Under the pieces are notes generated by a model. The model made no database searches. It had not been told where the DNA came from and was given only the letters and a program-made list of their open reading frames with translations. From Eledone cirrhosa (taxonomy: Eukaryota): a DNA stretch of 64,000 nucleotides. The DNA is taken from assembly GCA_964016885.1 (NCBI GenBank), contig OZ024740.1, positions 349,494,001 to 349,558,000 on the forward strand, read 5' to 3'. Shown one piece after another: positions 58,737 to 64,000 of this stretch. Each line of letters opens with the position of its first letter. The stretch's first letter is position 1. Made by a program: the position numbers and the translations under genes.

Positions 58737-58895
58737 CATGCACACACACACAGATCATACATTCCCATATATATATATATATATATATGCACATGCAGAC
58801 ATGCACACAAGCACACAAAGTGTGCAACCCGTATTACAACATATGCACATGTACTTCCTATGCGCACATTGTTCATTCTCCTCACGATGTAATCG

Positions 58896-58993
58896 TTACA
58901 TAGATATTGGACTAAATGAACATGGTGTTGAATCTGCACTGGTCTCTGTTGTCGAACCCTCTATTCGTCTTTTCGCTTCCCGCTTTTGTGGGT
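58896..58993 (-). CDS. Candidate terminal coding exon of an unidentified host gene (xPQKREAKRRIEGSTTETSADSTPCSFSPISM*)
   Basis: A ~35 nt polypyrimidine tract ttcttttcttcttttttgctctatttcttttctAG ends at 58994 and is followed by unique high-complexity sequence. All three frames stop within 33 codons; this one is the longest and looks like a C-terminal tail. Confidence 0.45.
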
Positions 58994-59284
58994 CTAGAAA
59001 AGAAATAGAGCAAAAAAGAAGAAAAGAATGTAATAATATTTAGCATGTAGGTCCTATTTAAGACATCTATAATAGTTAACTTTACACATTTTGAACAAAC
59101 AACTCTAACCATTAAGGCATTTGCATATTTCAGAGAGAGGGAGAGGAGGGAGATAGAAGGAGAAACAAGGTCACACGACCTGACATTGCCCACAACAGGA
59201 CAACCCGTCTAACCCATGCTAGCGTGGAAGAATGGACGTAAAACGGTGATGATGATAATGATGATGATGAGATATATATATATA

Positions 59285-59665
59285 TGGAGGTACATGGCTT
59301 AGTGGTTAGAGCATTGCAATCGAAAGGTTGTGAGTTCAATTCTCAGACCGGGTGATGTGTTGTTTCCTTGAACAAGACACTTTATTTCACATTGCTCCAG
59401 TTTACTCAACTGTAGAAATGAGATGATAGGACTGGGGTCCCTATCATTCAGCTGCAAAGTGGTCGTGGAGGTGCCACGGCGAAAAAGCACCCAGCCCACA
59501 CTGTAAAGTGGACGTGTAGGCGCCACAGTAAAAAAGCACCCAGCACTCACTGTAAATGAGGTTGGTGTTAGGAAGGGCATCTAGCTGTAGAAATCAAGCC
59601 ATAATCAGTTCCCATCCCAACCTTGCAAGCAGGGAAAAGCGGACGTAAAAAGATGATGATGATGT
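59285..59665 (+). mobile_element. tRNA-derived SINE (family B, CORE-like) with RTE-derived 3' tail
   Basis: A box tggcttagtggttaga, B box gagttcaattctc, core tgtttccttgaacaagacactttatttcac. Tail ccttgcaagcagggaaaagcggacgtaaaa(gat)n is identical to the LINE end at 62135-62180. Confidence 0.85.
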
Positions 59666-59748
59666 ATATACATATATGTGTGAGTGTGTGCTTGTTTCAA
59701 TCAGGCGTACCCACATTAAGGTACTCAATACATAGAGTATAACAAGAT

Positions 59749-59970
59749 TTAATCCATTAGCATTTGCATTACTCTCTATATATATATACTATTGTATTTT
59801 CGTGGTAAAGGCTTTATCTCACATTACATCGAATCTATGAGATTTTGATATTATATATTTTGAGAACAATACCTTAACATAAGTATGAGTGGCTGATTAC
59901 AGCCGCTTTTAAGAGAAAGTGGTGAGAGTATTATGGCCAGATACGGCTGGTTTAAATGCTAAAGGGTTAA
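59749..59970. mobile_element. piggyBac-like MITE with TTAA target duplication
   Basis: TTAA-tccattagcattt ... aaatgctaaaggg-TTAA. Homologous to 46680-46890. Confidence 0.65.
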
Positions 59971-60058
59971 TATAGAAATGGCTTCTGCTGGACTTCCTGA
60001 TGATTTCCTTCGAATGAAACAGTTCTAGTCCTGTAGAAGTCATCTCTATATTAAATTT

Positions 60059-60124
<66 letters not shown>

Positions 60125-60125
<1 letters not shown>

Positions 60126-60761
60126 GCAAAAGTTCTATTTAAATTGTTGGGATACAACAAGCAAATATTTTTATAACTGATATAAAGCACTCGACAAATA
60201 TTTGGAGTAGATATACGATATTAATAAATGGAAATTATATTTATAAAACCATATTTATTTCATTATATATATTTCAAGGATACCAAGTTACATTATGGTA
60301 TGCCTTCATCAGACAAAATACAATATATAACAGTTTTATAAATAGACATTGACGTACCCCTTTAAAAATTGACCGTTGCTTTTGGAGGCCATCTCTCTCT
60401 GGATTTTTTCTCTGTCTGATGGTTTGATATCTGCCCGTTATTTTTCCTCTGTTCTCTTTTCTTTTTGCTTTCTTCTTTTTCTTTATCTATCTCTCCCTTT
60501 CTTTTCTCCACGTTTCTCTCTCTCTCTCCATCTTTTTACTTACTCTTAACACTATGACTTACTAAAGTAAACAAACCACTATCCTGATGGTCTCCAAAAG
60601 CAACGGTCAATTTTAAAGGGGTACGTCAATGTCTATTTATAAAACTGTTATATATTGTATTTTGTCTGATGAAGGCATACCATAATGTAACTTGGTATCC
60701 TTGAAATATATATAATGAAATAAATATGGTTTTATAAATATAATTTCCATTTATTAATATC

Positions 60762-60765
<4 letters not shown>
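60125..60765. mobile_element. PLE pseudo-LTR with inverted duplicate; hammerheads at 60258-60318 (-) and 60660-60720 (+)
   Basis: 60215-60393 is the reverse complement of 60586-60765. Motif ttttgt-CTGATGA-aggcatacca..tggtatcctt-GAAA-tatata-TA-atgaaa. Same family as 697-950. Confidence 0.85.
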
Positions 60766-60808
<43 letters not shown>

Positions 60809-60917
60809 TGTGTGTGTGTGTGAGTGTGCGTGGAAGATGGATGTTAAATGATGATGATGATGATGTTCATACAGTGTTCGGCTTTCAAACGTTCAATCGA
60901 CTGACAGGAAGGTATAC

Positions 60918-60954
60918 GTGCTGATGACAGCTAATAAGCTAGAAACTAGTTCAT
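60918..60954 (+). ncRNA. Minimal hammerhead ribozyme within a long rod-like fold (60870-61007)
   Basis: gtg-CTGATGA-cagctaataagcta-GAAA-ctag-TT-cat. Flanks tacagtgttcggc/gccgaacactgta, gttcaa/ttgaac and ctgacaggaag/ttcctttgtcag pair. Confidence 0.75.
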
Positions 60955-61399
60955 TGTTCCTTTGTCAGTGTTGAACAAAAGGGCAACGATGGTTGCCGAA
61001 CACTGTACGGCTTAATTCGGGTTGTTTGTTTACAAACAAACCGAACATTATAATAAATGTTCGGAAAACCCATACGTACATTTATACAGGGTGTGGACGA
61101 TATTTGTTCGCAATTTGTTTTCAACTGCTAATTTTATGCAAATTTTTTTTACTTCTGTTATCACTCTTATCTTCATAAAAATATTATTAATCTCCCCAAA
61201 GGTTGAGATAACATTTGGTCGTTTGAACTGCTGCTATTTCTAGTGGCAGGACATTGACCTGTCCGCCCTGCCTTCTGTCTTTACACACGGCACTAGACAA
61301 AGTTGTTTTTTTCCTCATTTACTCTCATCCGTGAACAGTTTTGTGTGGCGGCAGTTTGTGATTTGAACTTGGGAATTTTATATTCTCCGAGGGAGAAGA

Positions 61400-61484
61400 G
61401 CTTTCTGAAGAGAATCTCCTTCTCAATGAAAAATCCGCTTGGATTATCCGTTTATTTGGGGATTTGAAACCACGCGGTAAAGGC
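61400..61484 (+). ncRNA. Type I hammerhead ribozyme with long stem II
   Basis: gcttt-CTGAAGA-gaatctcc...ggggattt-GAAA-ccacgcgg-TA-aaggc. Confidence 0.75.
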
Positions 61485-61624
61485 ACATATAGTAAGTACA
61501 GCGAAGTTTTTAAAACTTTTTCTCTATTTGCTAGAACTTATACATATATATATATACATATATATATACATATATATATACATATATATGTACATATATA
61601 TATACATATATATATACATATATA

Positions 61625-61657
<33 letters not shown>

Positions 61658-61711
61658 CGTTTCTGAATTTGTTTAGCAAGATTCTTTATCTGAAATCGTG
61701 TGTTGAAACCG

Positions 61712-62067
61712 ATATTGTTATACTTTGGGAGGGTCATGTTGCCAATAAGAAACACACGCACCAGTTGTTTCACTTCAATTTAATTTAATATATATTTATA
61801 AATTTACAAATTTATAAATTTCTGGTTGGTTGGTTGGTTCCACAACCAGATAGTTGTTTATATATATATAGTCATAGTTCTTTCGTCACAGAGTGTGTGA
61901 CGAAAGAACTATGACTATATATATATAAACAACTATCTGGTTGTGGAACCAACCAACCAACCAGAAATTTATAAATTTGTAAATTTATAAATATATATTA
62001 AATTAAATTGAAGTGAAAGCAACTGGTGCGTGTGTTTCTTATTGGCAACATGACCCTCCCAAAGTAT

Positions 62068-62075
<8 letters not shown>
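61712..62075. repeat. Near-perfect palindrome with ~180 bp arms and a ~5 nt spacer
   Basis: Centre tcgtcaca gagtg tgtgacga at ~61893. Only a one-base indel seen between the arms. Confidence 0.92.
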
Positions 62076-62132
<57 letters not shown>

Positions 62133-62133
<1 letters not shown>

Positions 62134-63443
62134 CATCATCATCATCATCATTTTACGTCCGCTTTTCCCTGCTTGCAAGGGTGGGACGGGTCTTATTCAG
62201 CACAGCATCTCTCCACTTGTCACGGTCCCTCGTCATCTCCACCGTGAGCTTCAATGAACTGAGGTCTGTTCTCACCACCTCCGCCCATGTTTTTCGTGGT
62301 CTACCTCTACCACGTCTTCCTTCAACTGGCAATTCCTGGCACTTCTTCACCCATCGGTCATCCTCCATGCGCATCACATGTCCATACCACCTCAGTCTCC
62401 TCTCCCGTACACTACATTCTATCCCTCTCAGACACAGTTTCTCTCTCAACACATTTACACTGCACATCCAACGGAGCATGCTTGCCTCATTTCTCTCCAG
62501 CCGTCGCATATCCTCTGCAGTTGCTGCCCATGTCTCACTACCATGCAGCATCGCGCTCCTCACACAGGCATCATACAACCGGCCTTTCGTACGCAGGGAG
62601 AAACCTTTCTTCGTCAACAGAGGAAGCAGCTCCCAACCCGTCCTTATTCTAGATACTATGGCCTCGGAACACCCTCCTCCCATGCTAATCTGATCTCCTA
62701 GGTACCAGAAGCTATCCACCACTTCTATAGCGCCCTCTTGCATTTGAAAAATGTGTCTATCAGTGTGACTTCTACTGTCTAATTTCCCTGTACATCTACT
62801 GCATACATATTTCTCCCTACCTGTTAGTTTGCCTGCTATCCCGCTACATCTCTTGTGTACCCAGGATCTGCATTGTGTGCATTTTATAGAATTTATGCCA
62901 GTTCCTTTTCTGCATACCAAACATGGCCATTTCCCTGACGGAATCAGGGTTTTGTCCTCTTTTCTACTCATCAACACTTTTGTCTTAGCTAGATTCACTC
63001 TCAGTCCTCTTGCTTCCAACTGCTGTTTCCATAGCCAGAATATATTCTCTAGCTCCTCTACTGATTCTGCTATAAGAACCAGATCGTCAGCATAGAGAAG
63101 TTCCCATGGACAGCCAGTCTTAAACTCCTCTGTTATAGCTTGGAGGACTATAATGAACAAGAGCGGGCTGCGGACCGAACCCTGATGTACTCCTACTTGT
63201 ACCTGGAATTCCTCACTAAACTCCATTCCTACCCTGACTTTACTGAGAGTACCTATGTACAAAGTTTGCACTGTCCTCACAAGCCATTCCTCAACACCTA
63301 GCTTCCTTAGGGACCACCAGATGACAGATCGGGGTACCCTATCAAAGGCCTTCTCTAGGTCAACAAAGGCTAAGTATAGTGGCTTATTCTTCTCTAAGAA
63401 CCTCTCTTGCAATTGTCTCACCAAGAAGAGGGCATCTGTTGTG
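62133..63443 (-). mobile_element. 5'-truncated RTE-like LINE, open RT C-terminal half with PHD-type finger
   Basis: 434 aa ORF: LAFVDLEKAFDRV, GVHQGSV, LLYADD, C4HC3 finger, LRWYGHVMR, RGRGRPRKTW. (GAT)n tail. Confidence 0.9.
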
Positions 63444-63730
63444 TATAATTTTGTCATTACTCTGATATGCCCAGTTCCTGGTTGGGTTGTTATTTCACTG
63501 AGTAACTGGAATCATATGATTCCAGTTCCTCAGTGAAATAACAACCCAACCAGGAACTGGACATATCAGAGTAATGACAAAATTATACACCTCAACAACA
63601 TATGTACTTGTCTATACCACACTAATTCAGACTGCCTGAAGAGGTCACAGCCAAAGATGGCTGTCACTGAAATATATATAGCAGTAATAAACGAAGCTAA
63701 ATTTTAAACATTTGACTTTTTATTTAACTT
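63441..63730 (+). mobile_element. PLE pseudo-LTR with a 150 bp terminal palindrome and a canonical hammerhead (63631-63685)
   Basis: Palindrome 63441-63590 centred on atcatatgat. Motif actgc-CTGAAGA-ggtcacagccaaagatggctgtcact-GAAA-tatata-TA-gcagt. Confidence 0.85.
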
Positions 63731-63843
63731 TATTTTACATTACTCCGGAGTAACAAAACCAACCTGCGCACTTCGTCGAGTGCTCCAGCCTGCATACTGA
63801 GGTGTTGGTATACAACCAACATATACTCAAAATCTATATATAC

Positions 63844-63877
<34 letters not shown>

Positions 63878-63895
63878 ATATATACATATATATAC

Positions 63896-63966
<71 letters not shown>

Positions 63967-63967
63967 C

Positions 63968-64000
<33 letters not shown>

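Overview
AT-rich animal genomic DNA, almost entirely repeats. The SINE families and (TA)n/(TACA)n load look octopod/cephalopod; this is an inference. Most long ORFs in the track are microsatellite artefacts. Real coding remnants: (1) a near full-length RTE-clade LINE (minus, 6205-9750; APE + RT + three C-terminal C2H2 fingers, broken only by 3 in-frame stops); (2) a decayed full-length Penelope-like element (PLE; RT + GIY-YIG, Naiad-like) between pseudo-LTRs at 14.9-19.75 kb, plus a second PLE 3' end at 0.7-3.0 kb; (3) three copies of an RTE-like LINE with a PHD-type finger; (4) L1/Tx1-type 3' fragments; (5) a decayed Helitron helicase; (6) one candidate terminal exon of a host gene on the minus strand (58896-58993). 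The most striking hidden layer is about 18 type-I hammerhead ribozyme motifs from about 10 PLE pseudo-LTR families. Nearly all have a palindromic stem III, mostly family-specific. Two families carry a compensatory U3-A8 core. Several sit in tandem or in large palindromes. All structures were read by eye, and none has been folded or searched computationally.
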